Shown here: positions 19,794 through 29,304 of the stretch, in pieces
How positions within the stretch are numbered: the stretch's first letter is position 1
Layout: each line of letters begins with the position of its first letter
Origin: Candidatus Levyibacteriota bacterium
Lineage (GTDB): Bacteria > Patescibacteriota > Microgenomatia > Levybacterales > GWA1-39-11
DNA length: 64,000 nt
Direction: 5' to 3'
Assembly (NCBI GenBank): GCA_036788695.1
Contig: DAIQMY010000002.1
Location: 2,394 to 66,393, forward strand
Made by a program: the position numbers and the translations under genes
The notes under the pieces: model-generated
Database searches by the model: none
What the model was told of the DNA's origin: nothing
The model's input: only the letters and a program-made list of their open reading frames with translations

Positions 19794-20929
19794 AGAGAAT
19801 TATTTTTTATGTAATTCTTTTGTTTCTAGTATTGTATAGACCAGTTTCTTATATTGCATCACACCAGGACTTATATTTCTCAAGAACTTACGATACAAGA
19901 TATGAATCACTGAAGAAATTGTATTATTCTTCGCAGTATGTGGTTCGGAAGAATCCTGTAATTATACCTGATGAAACTACGGAAGCATTTGCGGCTGGAG
20001 CTTTTCTTCGCGGAATGAATCCTATACATATCATTCATGATCATCCGCCTCTTGGAAAATATATACTTTCCGTATCCATTCTTTTATTTAATAACGAAAA
20101 CACAATAATAATTTTTTCCTTCACAGCTTCTCTTATTGGCATATATTTAATAATGAAGTCTATAACACGTAACAATCTGTATTCGCTTGTTCCGGTTGCA
20201 ATTTTCGTAAATGAACCATTAATGTTTACGAAGCTTGTGTACACCCCGATACCAGAAATTATTCAATTGCCTTTTATACTGTTTACGGTCTATTTTTTTC
20301 TGCAAATGATAAAAGATCGAAAGAGGGTGTACGTATGGGCAGCCTTGACATCTGTTTTCTTAGGATGTGTTATTAGTACCAGATTTTTTGCATTAGGGGC
20401 AGTTCTTCTTTTTTCACAAGTACTGTTTTTAGTTTATAAAAAAAATTACAGAACGCTTCTGAGTTACCTTTTTATGCTACCTCTTTCATGTGTTGTTTTA
20501 CTTGTTTCGTATTCCAAGACGATTGAAGAAAGTAGTTCTTTGGTAAAACCTTTTGCTGTTCAAAAATATATACTTTCCTATCATTCATCAAAGTTTATTA
20601 AAGCATTTACGGTATGGGATTTATTGTTCTTCAACAGATGGCACACGTGGTGGGGTGAGCAAAAAATTACGACAGATGTAAACTGGATTATTCTTTGGCC
20701 AATTTCATCAATACTATCCTTTTCAATTATTGTTTTATCAACTCTCAAAAAAATAAAAATTTTACCCCAGGAAGAGGTAATTCTTCTTTGGGTTTTTCTC
20801 TATCTTTGTATGTTATCAGTTGGATATACTTCAGTAAGATATTTTCTGCCGCTCATCCCATTTTTATATGTTCTTGCTTTGTCTTTATTATATAGGTTAC
20901 AAATAGTAAGGAGAATATTTTCTGTATGA
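19790..20929 (+). CDS. Short PMT/GT39-like membrane glycosyltransferase with 'HPPLGKY' (paralog C2)
   Basis: 'IIHDHPPLGKYILSVS'. The ATG at 19790 overlaps the upstream TGA as ATGA. The ORF track gives TTG 19769. Confidence 0.5.
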   Translation: MKRIIFYVILLFLVLYRPVSYIASHQDLYFSRTYDTRYESLKKLYYSSQYVVRKNPVIIPDETTEAFAAGAFLRGMNPIHIIHDHPPLGKYILSVSILLFNNENTIIIFSFTASLIGIYLIMKSITRNNLYSLVPVAIFVNEPLMFTKLVYTPIPEIIQLPFILFTVYFFLQMIKDRKRVYVWAALTSVFLGCVISTRFFALGAVLLFSQVLFLVYKKNYRTLLSYLFMLPLSCVVLLVSYSKTIEESSSLVKPFAVQKYILSYHSSKFIKAFTVWDLLFFNRWHTWWGEQKITTDVNWIILWPISSILSFSIIVLSTLKKIKILPQEEVILLWVFLYLCMLSVGYTSVRYFLPLIPFLYVLALSLLYRLQIVRRIFSV

Positions 20930-23241
20930 TAAAAAAAATCTTACCAATCGGTATAATTATTGCAGTGTGGGCTATATTCTCTATACCTTTCTTCATGTAT
21001 GGTAGGGTACCGTTTCCATCTGATTACCAGGTAGCTAATTTTTCGCCATGGAGCGCATATCCGGAGTTTTATGGACCAGTTAAAAATGAATCAATGCCTG
21101 ATGTTATTGGACAAATTTATCCTTGGAAGATGTTTACAATTGAAACAATTAAGACTGGCACTATTCCATTTTGGAATCCGTACAGTTTTTCCGGAACGCC
21201 TCATCTTGCAAATTATCAATCGGCGGTCTTATCACCATTTAATCTAGGATTTTTCCTGTTTCCTTTTGTTGATTGGTGGAGTTTTCTTATAATTCTTCAG
21301 CCCTTGTTAGCCGGAATCTTTACATACATGTTTTTAAGGTCTCTTAAGGTTGCATCTCCAGGCAGTTTAATTTCTTCACTTTCCTTTATGTTCTGTGGAT
21401 TTATTACATCATGGATGGCTTATGGAACATTAGGATACGCAATACTTTTTTTGCCACTGGCACTTTATGCAATAGAGAAGTATAAAGACACAAAAAGTTC
21501 TCGATATTTAGTTCTTTTATGTCTAACTATCCCACTATCATTTTTTAGCGGACATTTTCAAACAAGTATTTATTTTTTAATTTTTACTTTTGCATATATG
21601 GTTTTTATAACTTACTTGAAGAAAGATTTAAGACTTTTCTTGAACCTATCCTTGTCTCTATTTTTTGGTTTTTTATTAGTGCTTCCTCAACTACTTCCCT
21701 CTATGGAGCTTTACTCACAGACTATAAGGAGTACTATTAATCAAAAAACAGAAGCTATACCCTGGGGGTATTTACCTACTATTATCGCTCCAGATTATTT
21801 TGGGAATCCTGTGACGCGGAATGCATGGTTTGGACATTACGCAGAGTGGAATGGATATATTGGTTTAATACCAATATTCTTTGCTTTTTACGCATTTTCT
21901 TTATTCCGAAAGTCAACGGTTTTCTTTTTCATGGGTGCCTTGGGCATTGCATTTTTATTCGCTTATGACACGCCAGTGCTTGACGCGCTCGTTTTGCTAA
22001 AAGTTCCTGTCCTCTCAACGAGTGCTGCATCCCGAGTTATTGTTTTATTTTCGTTCTCTGCGTCTGTTCTTGCAGGGTTTGGATTAAATAGACTAATTGA
22101 TGATTTAGGAAAAAAACATGTAGGAAAATCAATTCTTTTTCTAGGAATTTTTGCGTTTCTATTTTTGATTCTATGGGTAATAGCCATACAAGGCATGTTT
22201 GCTCCAGACCAATTTAAGACGGTTGCTTTTTCAAATTTAAAATTTCCTAGCATTTTATTTTTAAGCTTTGTAGTGGGGCTACTTACTCTAATTTTTACAA
22301 GAAAAAAAAGAATAGTAACAGTAATTATATGCTTTTTTGTTTTTTTGGTAGCACTTGAGATGTTACGATTTACGACAAAATGGATGCCATTTTCCCAAAA
22401 AGATCGAGTCTATCCATCAGCGCCTGTTACAAAATTCTACCCAAAAATTGAAGGTTATAATCGGGTATTTGGAAATTTTGGGGCAGAGGGGTCATTGTAT
22501 TATCATCTTCCTACCATAGAGGGATACGACCCTGTGTATATAAGAAGGTATGGACAGTTGATTGGATCATTACAGGATGGGAAGCTTTCAGAATCGTATA
22601 GATCTGTTGTTGAAATGCCTCTTGCAGGAAAGTACACCCTGCTGGGAGCGAATCTGTTGGGAATAAAATATTTTATACATAAAATTTCTGATGGGCAGAA
22701 CGTATGGGAATTTCCGTTTTGGAAGTATAATACGCAATCAATTAAGCTTATATACAAAGATCCATATTACGAGGTGCTTGAGAATACAAATGCTTTCCCT
22801 CGTGTATTTTTTGTTGAAAATATTGTTGTGAAAAAGGACGCACAAGAACTTCTCTCAGAGATGTTTAAAAAAAACACCAATCTTAGAAAGACTGCGATAG
22901 TAGAGGATGAGTTGAAGGAAATTAAAGCAGGAGTAGCTGACCGTGCACAAATTCAAATGTACGCGCCCAACAAAGTAAAAATACGCACAGAAGGTAAGAA
23001 GACATCACTATTAGTGCTAACAGACCCCTATTATCCTGGGTGGGAGGCATTTATTGATGGACGGAAAACGAAAATATATAGAGTCGACTTTGCGCTTAGG
23101 GGTATAGTTGTTCCGTCAGGAGTACACCATGTCGAGTTTGTATATGTTCCTTACAGTTTCTGGGTAGGTGTATGTGGTGCGGGTTTAGGTATAATAGGTA
23201 TTCTGGGGTTAGTTATTTTGAATAATAAAAAAGAAAAATGA
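20926..23241 (+). CDS. YfhO-family GT-C glycosyltransferase (E2)
   Basis: 'WNPYSFSGTPHLANYQSAVLSP' and the C-terminal 'YYPGWEAFIDGRKT...GVHHVEFVYVP' module plus TM. An SD 'AAGGAG' sits 10 nt upstream, and there is an ATGA overlap. Confidence 0.7.
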   Translation: MIKKILPIGIIIAVWAIFSIPFFMYGRVPFPSDYQVANFSPWSAYPEFYGPVKNESMPDVIGQIYPWKMFTIETIKTGTIPFWNPYSFSGTPHLANYQSAVLSPFNLGFFLFPFVDWWSFLIILQPLLAGIFTYMFLRSLKVASPGSLISSLSFMFCGFITSWMAYGTLGYAILFLPLALYAIEKYKDTKSSRYLVLLCLTIPLSFFSGHFQTSIYFLIFTFAYMVFITYLKKDLRLFLNLSLSLFFGFLLVLPQLLPSMELYSQTIRSTINQKTEAIPWGYLPTIIAPDYFGNPVTRNAWFGHYAEWNGYIGLIPIFFAFYAFSLFRKSTVFFFMGALGIAFLFAYDTPVLDALVLLKVPVLSTSAASRVIVLFSFSASVLAGFGLNRLIDDLGKKHVGKSILFLGIFAFLFLILWVIAIQGMFAPDQFKTVAFSNLKFPSILFLSFVVGLLTLIFTRKKRIVTVIICFFVFLVALEMLRFTTKWMPFSQKDRVYPSAPVTKFYPKIEGYNRVFGNFGAEGSLYYHLPTIEGYDPVYIRRYGQLIGSLQDGKLSESYRSVVEMPLAGKYTLLGANLLGIKYFIHKISDGQNVWEFPFWKYNTQSIKLIYKDPYYEVLENTNAFPRVFFVENIVVKKDAQELLSEMFKKNTNLRKTAIVEDELKEIKAGVADRAQIQMYAPNKVKIRTEGKKTSLLVLTDPYYPGWEAFIDGRKTKIYRVDFALRGIVVPSGVHHVEFVYVPYSFWVGVCGAGLGIIGILGLVILNNKKEK

Positions 23242-23984
23242 TATCTGTAATTATTATCTCATACAATGAAGAAGATGTATTGGAAGAAGCGCTGAAGAGT
23301 ATTCATGGCTTTGCTGACGAGATTATCCTTGTAGATTCAGGTTCAAAAGACAAAACATTAGATATAGCAAAAAAGTATCAAGCACGTGTTGTTTCTCATA
23401 CTTTTAAAAACTTTTCAGACCAAAGAAATTTTGGTTTTGAGCATTCAAAGGGGAATTGGATATTTTACTTGGATTCTGATGAAAGAATTACTGACGCATT
23501 CAAAAACGAGGTTTTGCAGGTAATATCCTCATATAGTGAGTCACAGGATATAGCAGGGTATTATATTAAAAGAAAGACATTTTATTTTGGGAAGGACTGG
23601 GGATTAACAGATTCAGTTCAGCGTTTGTTTTATAGGAAAAAATTTATAAAATGGTTTGGCGATGTTCATGAAACACCAAGGGTAAAAGGAGATTTTGGGA
23701 TAATAAATACTCCCATAATCCACAAGACACACAGAAATCTATCTCAAATGGTTGAGAAAACAAATAAGTGGTCTGAGTATGAGGCACATCTTCGATTTAC
23801 TTCAAATCATCCCTATATTTCATGGTGGCGTTTCCCAAGGGTTATGATACCGGAATTCTTTAGGGCATATATAAGTAACAAGGGATATAAAAATGGAACA
23901 ATGGGGCTTATTGAGTCAATATATCAAGCGTTTTCCATATTTATAACATACGCTAAAGTATGGGAACAGCAGGTGAAGAAATGA
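23238..23984 (+). CDS. Soluble GT2 glycosyltransferase (I2)
   Basis: 'MISVIIISYNEEDVLEEALKSIHGFADEIILVDSGSKDKT...LDSDE'. Confidence 0.8.
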   Translation: MISVIIISYNEEDVLEEALKSIHGFADEIILVDSGSKDKTLDIAKKYQARVVSHTFKNFSDQRNFGFEHSKGNWIFYLDSDERITDAFKNEVLQVISSYSESQDIAGYYIKRKTFYFGKDWGLTDSVQRLFYRKKFIKWFGDVHETPRVKGDFGIINTPIIHKTHRNLSQMVEKTNKWSEYEAHLRFTSNHPYISWWRFPRVMIPEFFRAYISNKGYKNGTMGLIESIYQAFSIFITYAKVWEQQVKK

Positions 23985-23988
23985 GGTG

Positions 23989-24216
23989 TTATTTACCTAT
24001 CCAACTTTTCATTTCTTTTAAGGTTAACTTTTTTCTTGAAAAGAAAAAGAGATAAATGATTTCGAGTAGTCCAAACGTTGATACGACAAGCATTGCAATA
24101 AACCAGTTGCGTTGTTCTTGACGGGATGCTCGCCAGAGACCAAATCCTTTCCAGATTATAGACCAAATGAGAAGAATAAATACTAAAAATGGATTTTCAA
24201 ACGGGATCTGTGGCAT
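23989..24216 (-). CDS. Small two-TM membrane protein, hypothetical
   Basis: This 75-aa ORF is the only one in the lone 316-bp gap of the + strand array. It has two hydrophobic helices separated by 'WRASRQEQRNW'. I have no family assignment. Confidence 0.3.
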   Translation of the reverse strand: MPQIPFENPFLVFILLIWSIIWKGFGLWRASRQEQRNWFIAMLVVSTFGLLEIIYLFFFSRKKLTLKEMKSWIGK

Positions 24217-24264
24217 AGGTATATTGTAAATGTAGCACAGTTTATAAGAACTTTCAAGTTTATA

Positions 24265-24294
24265 TTGAAAGGGGAAAATTAAAAAAGGTAAAAT
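24265..24294 (+). promoter_or_regulatory. Sigma70-like promoter TTGAAA-18 nt-TAAAAT ending 6 nt before the ATG at 24301, which would place the TSS at or next to the start codon
   Basis: -35 TTGAAA at 24265-24270 and -10 TAAAAT at 24289-24294. There is no room for an SD. Confidence 0.35.
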
Positions 24295-24300
24295 GGATAT

Positions 24301-25374
24301 ATGAAAATAGGAATTTACGATCCTTATCTTGATGACATAGGGGGCGGCGAAAAATATATGCTTTCAATTGCAGAAGCCTTATCTATGGGAAATGATGTAA
24401 GTGTGTTTTGGAATAACAAGGAAGATTTTGAAAATGTTAAAAAAAGATTCTCTCTCAGGCTTTCAAATGTCAGGATAGAAAAAAACATTTTTGGGAAAAA
24501 CGTGTCTTTTTGGGAAAGGTATAAAATATCAAGGGAATATGATGTACTTATTGTTCTTTCAGACGGAAGTATTCCTCTGGTATCTTCTCGTCTACTTATT
24601 CATTTGCAAAGACCAGTTCCTCACATTAGACTATCGATACTTTCAAGAATTAAAAAAGCACGTGTTAAAACTTTTTTTTGCAACTCTTATTACACAAAAT
24701 CATTTATTGATAAATCATTTAAAATTAACTCCAAGGTGATCTATCCTCCAATTACAATATCAGCAAGAAAATTAAAAAAAGAAAATATTATCTTACACGT
24801 TGGAAGATTTCGTATTATGGACAAAGAGCATGAAGTAAGGGATTTTAAAAAGCAATATATGTTGCTTCAAGTATTTAAGCAGTTAGTGGATCAAGGTCTT
24901 ACTGGATGGACTCTTTATATGGTTGTTTCTGTGCGAAAAGAAGATCTTGATATATTTCATGAAATAGTACAAAACTACAAAAAATACCCAATTGAGTTTA
25001 AAATAAATAAGGGAAGCTACGATTTATGGAATTACTACTCACTGGCAAAAATATATTGGCACGCTTCAGGTTATGGGGAAGATTTAGTAAAAAATCCAGA
25101 GTATGCTGAACATTTTGGAATATCTACTGTGGAAGCTATGGGTGCAGGGGTAGTCCCTGTTGTAATTAGTGCTGGTGGACAAAAGGAGATAGTAGAGGAT
25201 GGCGTGAATGGTTTTACCTGGTCATCTGAAGAAGAATTTAAGGAGAAGACAATGAATCTTATTAAGTCAAAAAATTTACTCGATCAAATGTCTGCAAAGG
25301 CAATCATAAGATCTAAGGACTTCACATATGATTCCTTTGCAAAGAAAATCATAGAAATGGTTGGCAGAAAATGA
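24301..25374 (+). CDS. GT4 (GT-B fold) glycosyltransferase (K1)
   Basis: The C-terminal 'EHFGISTVEAMGAGVVPVV...EIVEDGVNGF' is the classic GT4 E-x7-E region. Confidence 0.8.
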   Translation: MKIGIYDPYLDDIGGGEKYMLSIAEALSMGNDVSVFWNNKEDFENVKKRFSLRLSNVRIEKNIFGKNVSFWERYKISREYDVLIVLSDGSIPLVSSRLLIHLQRPVPHIRLSILSRIKKARVKTFFCNSYYTKSFIDKSFKINSKVIYPPITISARKLKKENIILHVGRFRIMDKEHEVRDFKKQYMLLQVFKQLVDQGLTGWTLYMVVSVRKEDLDIFHEIVQNYKKYPIEFKINKGSYDLWNYYSLAKIYWHASGYGEDLVKNPEYAEHFGISTVEAMGAGVVPVVISAGGQKEIVEDGVNGFTWSSEEEFKEKTMNLIKSKNLLDQMSAKAIIRSKDFTYDSFAKKIIEMVGRK

Positions 25375-27599
25375 AGAAATATAAATTCCTTTTACCATTT
25401 TTATTTATTTTTTCTACTGTAATAATTTTCTTTTATCCACTCTTTGCATATGGAAAACTTCCCATACCTGCTGACACGATAGTAGGTTTATATTACCCAT
25501 TTCGGGATATTTACTCACAAACAAATCCGAATGGACTACCGTATAAAAACTTTTTAGTAACTGATCCGGTACGTCAGCAGTATCCATGGAAGAATTTATC
25601 TGTTTCACTTCAGAAGAAATTTCAACCTCCTTTATGGAATCCATACGAGATGGCGGGAACACCCTTGCTTGCAAACTTTCAGAGCAGTGTTTATTACCCA
25701 TTCAATTTTCTTTTGTATCTTTCTCCATTCTCAGTTTCATGGTCAATATTTATTTTAATTCAGCCTCTTTTAGCTGGAGTATTTCTCTATTTGTATTTAC
25801 GCAGCTTAAAACTTGATATGAGCGCGTCTCTACTTGGTGCACTAATTTTTGCATACAGTGGGTTTTGTATGGCGTGGCTTGAGTGGGGCGTTATAGTGCA
25901 TACTGCTTTGTGGTTACCTCTCATACTTTTGGCAATAGATAAGGGGTTTATAAAAAAGGATATGAGATGGAAGGCTGTCTTTATCCTTTCTTTGTGTGCC
26001 AGTTTTTTTGCCGGGCACCTGCAGACATTTTTTTATATTTTTCTGTTCACTGTATTTTATTTTATTGCAAGATTGTTTACGCAAAAAAGAAAAAAAATAA
26101 TTGTTTTTTCATTTCTATTTGATCTATTGGTTGTGGGCGTTATTACCTGTATTCAGTGGATGCCTACACTGCAGTTTATTCTTCTTTCAAACAGATCGCA
26201 TGACCAGTCATTCTTGCAGCCGGGATGGTTTATTCCCTACCAAAACTTAGTTCAATTTGTTGCGCCTGATTTTTTTGGAAACCCAGCAACATTAAATTAT
26301 TTTGGAGTTTGGAACTACGGTGAATTTGTGGGGTATATAGGAATCGCGTCATGCATCCTAGCCTTATACGCTCTATTCTATAGGCATGATAAGAAGACGT
26401 GGTTTTTTTTGTCAGGTATAATTATCTCATTCATTTTTGCACTTCCCAACTTTATTTCTCAGCTCCCTTTCTTTTTACATATACCCTTTCTCTCAACAGC
26501 TCAGCCTACAAGGCTACTATTTGTAATAGATCTATGTCTTTCTGTCCTTGCAGCTTTAGGCTTGGATTTGTTACTAAAAAAAAGAAAAAAGATATGGGTT
26601 CCCGTAATAGTAATAGGAATTGTTTTGGTTTTTCTTTGGGGGGTTACATTGCAAGGAAAGGAAATATATGCAAACGCAGAAGACATTTTAGTTTCAAAAA
26701 ATAATCTTAAATTGCCCACTCTCTTATTTTTTATATCAGCAGGCATACTTTTAGGTTACGAGTATATAAAAAATAAAAAGATTCGTACAGTACTAATTGT
26801 ATTTCTTTTTCTGATCGTAGTGTTTGACTTATTCAGGTTTGGGTGGAAATTTACACCTTTTACAGACAAAAAATACTTATACCCTGAAACAAGTGTAATC
26901 ACTTATCTTCAAAATCAAAAAGGAATTTTTAGGATTGCTGTAGCAGATAATAGAATTTTACCCCCAAATTTTTCAGTAGTCTACAAACTTTCCTCAATTG
27001 AAGGATATGATCCATTATATCTTTTAAATTACGCCACTTTTATTGCTTCAAACGAGAGAGAAGACCATACTATAACTCCTCCATTTGGTTTTAACCGAAT
27101 CATAACTCCAAGAAATCTTAATTCACAAGCAATAGATTTTTTAAACGTTAAATTCATTCTTTCATTAACTGAAAATAACGATCCTAAATTTAAAAAAGTA
27201 TATCAAAAAGGAGAAACAAGAATTTATGAGAATAGAAATGTAATGAGCCGCGCATTTTTTATAGAAGAACTGGTAACTCTTAGAACACAAGAAGAGATTG
27301 CTAAAAAAATACACCTAGTTGACTTAAGAAAAGTAGCAATTGCAAAGGCTACCGTAAGTTATACGCAGAAGTACAAGGCAGGCAAAGCACAAATTTTGTT
27401 TTATTCGCCAAACAAGGTAATAATAAAAACGAGTAATACGGAAAAAGGCTTTTTAGTTCTATCAGATGTTTACTATCCAAGTTTCCATGCTACAATTGAT
27501 TCGGTTGCGGTAGATATTAGAGAAGTAAATTTAGCATTTAGAGGGGTTGTTGTTCCCGCAGGAGAGCATATAGTAGAGTTTAATGCTCGCATGTTTTAA
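25371..27599 (+). CDS. YfhO-family GT-C glycosyltransferase (E3)
   Basis: 'WNPYEMAGTPLLANFQSSVYYP' and C-terminal 'YYPSFHATIDSVAV...GEHIVEF'. There is an ATGA overlap. Confidence 0.7.
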   Translation: MKKYKFLLPFLFIFSTVIIFFYPLFAYGKLPIPADTIVGLYYPFRDIYSQTNPNGLPYKNFLVTDPVRQQYPWKNLSVSLQKKFQPPLWNPYEMAGTPLLANFQSSVYYPFNFLLYLSPFSVSWSIFILIQPLLAGVFLYLYLRSLKLDMSASLLGALIFAYSGFCMAWLEWGVIVHTALWLPLILLAIDKGFIKKDMRWKAVFILSLCASFFAGHLQTFFYIFLFTVFYFIARLFTQKRKKIIVFSFLFDLLVVGVITCIQWMPTLQFILLSNRSHDQSFLQPGWFIPYQNLVQFVAPDFFGNPATLNYFGVWNYGEFVGYIGIASCILALYALFYRHDKKTWFFLSGIIISFIFALPNFISQLPFFLHIPFLSTAQPTRLLFVIDLCLSVLAALGLDLLLKKRKKIWVPVIVIGIVLVFLWGVTLQGKEIYANAEDILVSKNNLKLPTLLFFISAGILLGYEYIKNKKIRTVLIVFLFLIVVFDLFRFGWKFTPFTDKKYLYPETSVITYLQNQKGIFRIAVADNRILPPNFSVVYKLSSIEGYDPLYLLNYATFIASNEREDHTITPPFGFNRIITPRNLNSQAIDFLNVKFILSLTENNDPKFKKVYQKGETRIYENRNVMSRAFFIEELVTLRTQEEIAKKIHLVDLRKVAIAKATVSYTQKYKAGKAQILFYSPNKVIIKTSNTEKGFLVLSDVYYPSFHATIDSVAVDIREVNLAFRGVVVPAGEHIVEFNARMF

Positions 27600-27606
27600 A
27601 AAAAGT

Positions 27607-28551
27607 ATGAAGCAAAAAATTGAAGTAATCATTCCAAACTATAACGGTTTTGAATTAATAGAAAAAAATATTCCCAAAGTTCTTCATGTGTTAGCAGCGT
27701 ATCCTAATATAGAAGTTACAATTGTGGATGATGGATCAAGGATTGAAGAACAAGAATTATTATCTGAATATATTAAAAGCATTAATAAAAAAAACAAAAT
27801 ACAAGTAAAGCTTATGTTGTTCCAAAAAAATCTAGGCTTTTCATCAAATGTAAATAGGGCGGCGCTTGAATCTACCTCTGATATACTTGTTTTACTCAAT
27901 ACGGACGTGTATCCTCGTAAAGACTTTTTAGACGCTGTTCTGCCGCATTTTAAAGACGAATTACTATTTGGAGTAGGTTGTATGGACGAGAGTATAGAGG
28001 ATAAAACTATTTTGAGGGGAAGAGGGATTGGGGAATGGAAGAGCGGATTTATTCTTCATAGAAAAGGTGAGGTTGATAGGACTGATACGTTTTGGGTTTC
28101 TGGTGGAAGTAGCGCATTCCGAACTGATTTGTTTAAGTTGCTTGGTGGATTTGATCCGTTATACAACCCTTTTTACTGGGAAGACATAGATTTGTCTTAC
28201 AGAGCGCAGAAGGCAGGATATAAGATTCTTTTTGAGCCTAAGAGTGTAGTAGTGCATGTGCACAAAAAAGGGTCTATAAAAAAACATTATAAGGATGACA
28301 CAATAAGGTCCTATGCAATGAGGAATCAATTTACTATAGTTTGGAAGAATGTCACTGACAAAGATCTAATTTTTTCTCATCTGTTATTTTTACCGCTTCA
28401 TCTTGCTCGAGCAATACTAAAACGGGACAAGATTTTTCTGAAGGGATTTTTTCTTGCTATTCTGAGGCTTCCTGATATAATGAAGCATCGAAAAATTCAA
28501 AAAAAACAGTTTATCTTAAAAGATAAAGATATTTTGCATCTACAAATATGA
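27607..28551 (+). CDS. GT2 glycosyltransferase, WbbL-like (J2)
   Basis: 'IEVIIPNYNGFELIEKNIPKVL...TIVDDGSRIEE...YWEDIDLSYR'. The start is either 27583 or ATG 27607. Confidence 0.75.
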   Translation: MKQKIEVIIPNYNGFELIEKNIPKVLHVLAAYPNIEVTIVDDGSRIEEQELLSEYIKSINKKNKIQVKLMLFQKNLGFSSNVNRAALESTSDILVLLNTDVYPRKDFLDAVLPHFKDELLFGVGCMDESIEDKTILRGRGIGEWKSGFILHRKGEVDRTDTFWVSGGSSAFRTDLFKLLGGFDPLYNPFYWEDIDLSYRAQKAGYKILFEPKSVVVHVHKKGSIKKHYKDDTIRSYAMRNQFTIVWKNVTDKDLIFSHLLFLPLHLARAILKRDKIFLKGFFLAILRLPDIMKHRKIQKKQFILKDKDILHLQI

Positions 28552-29261
28552 AACTAACAGTTATTATTCCTGCATATAATGAAGAAAAAACTATTTCTGA
28601 AATACTTCGCCGAGTAGAAGAAGTATCATTGGGAGAGGTAGAAAAAGAAATAGTTGTAGTAGATGATGGTTCGCGTGATCAAACACCTGTCTTGGTTTCA
28701 GAATTTGTAAAAAAACACGCAAATGCGCGAATGATTGTGCACAAAAAAAATAGAGGAAAGGGTGCGGCTGTTATTAATGGAATAAGGAATGCGACAGGAG
28801 ATATTCTTATCATTCAAGATGCTGATTTGGAATACAATCCCCAGGATATTCCAAGGCTCATAAGTCCGATTGTAAAAAAGAAATTTAGGGTAGTTTATGG
28901 TACGAGGCTTAGAAATGCTCCTGTACTATTTGGTAAAAACAAAACACCGCTTATTGTTCATTATTTCGGAAATAAGATATTAAGCCTTATCACCTCACTT
29001 CTTTACGGGGCACGTATTTCTGATATGGAGACGTGCTATAAAGCATTTGACAAAAATGTACTGCAGGGAGTACGGCTAAGATCAAGGTCGTTTAATTTTG
29101 AGCCAGAGATAACAGCAAAAATTTTAAAAAAAAGAATTAAGATATATGAGATTGATATTAAAACAAAACCAAGAGGCTGGAATGAGGGTAAAAAGCTTCA
29201 TACAGTAAGAGATGGGAGTATTGCACTTTGGACACTTCTAAAATATAGGTTTGTTAACTAG
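28548..29261 (+). CDS. GT2 polyprenyl-phosphate sugar synthase, DPM1/GtrB-like (third of 4)
   Basis: 'LTVIIPAYNEEKTI...IVVVDDGSRDQT...IIQDADLEYNP...VYGTRL'. There is an ATGA overlap. Confidence 0.85.
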   Translation: MKLTVIIPAYNEEKTISEILRRVEEVSLGEVEKEIVVVDDGSRDQTPVLVSEFVKKHANARMIVHKKNRGKGAAVINGIRNATGDILIIQDADLEYNPQDIPRLISPIVKKKFRVVYGTRLRNAPVLFGKNKTPLIVHYFGNKILSLITSLLYGARISDMETCYKAFDKNVLQGVRLRSRSFNFEPEITAKILKKRIKIYEIDIKTKPRGWNEGKKLHTVRDGSIALWTLLKYRFVN

Positions 29262-29304
29262 TACGTTTTTTTTGGTACAATAATATAGGTAGTTATTTAT
29301 CAAT

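Noticed and set aside
29262-29304. A possible rho-independent terminator after the third DPM1-like gene (GTAC-T8-GGTAC)
   Set aside because: The stem is only 4-5 bp with a T-rich loop, and it is not followed by a convincing U-tract after a stable hairpin. It is more likely just an AT-rich spacer.
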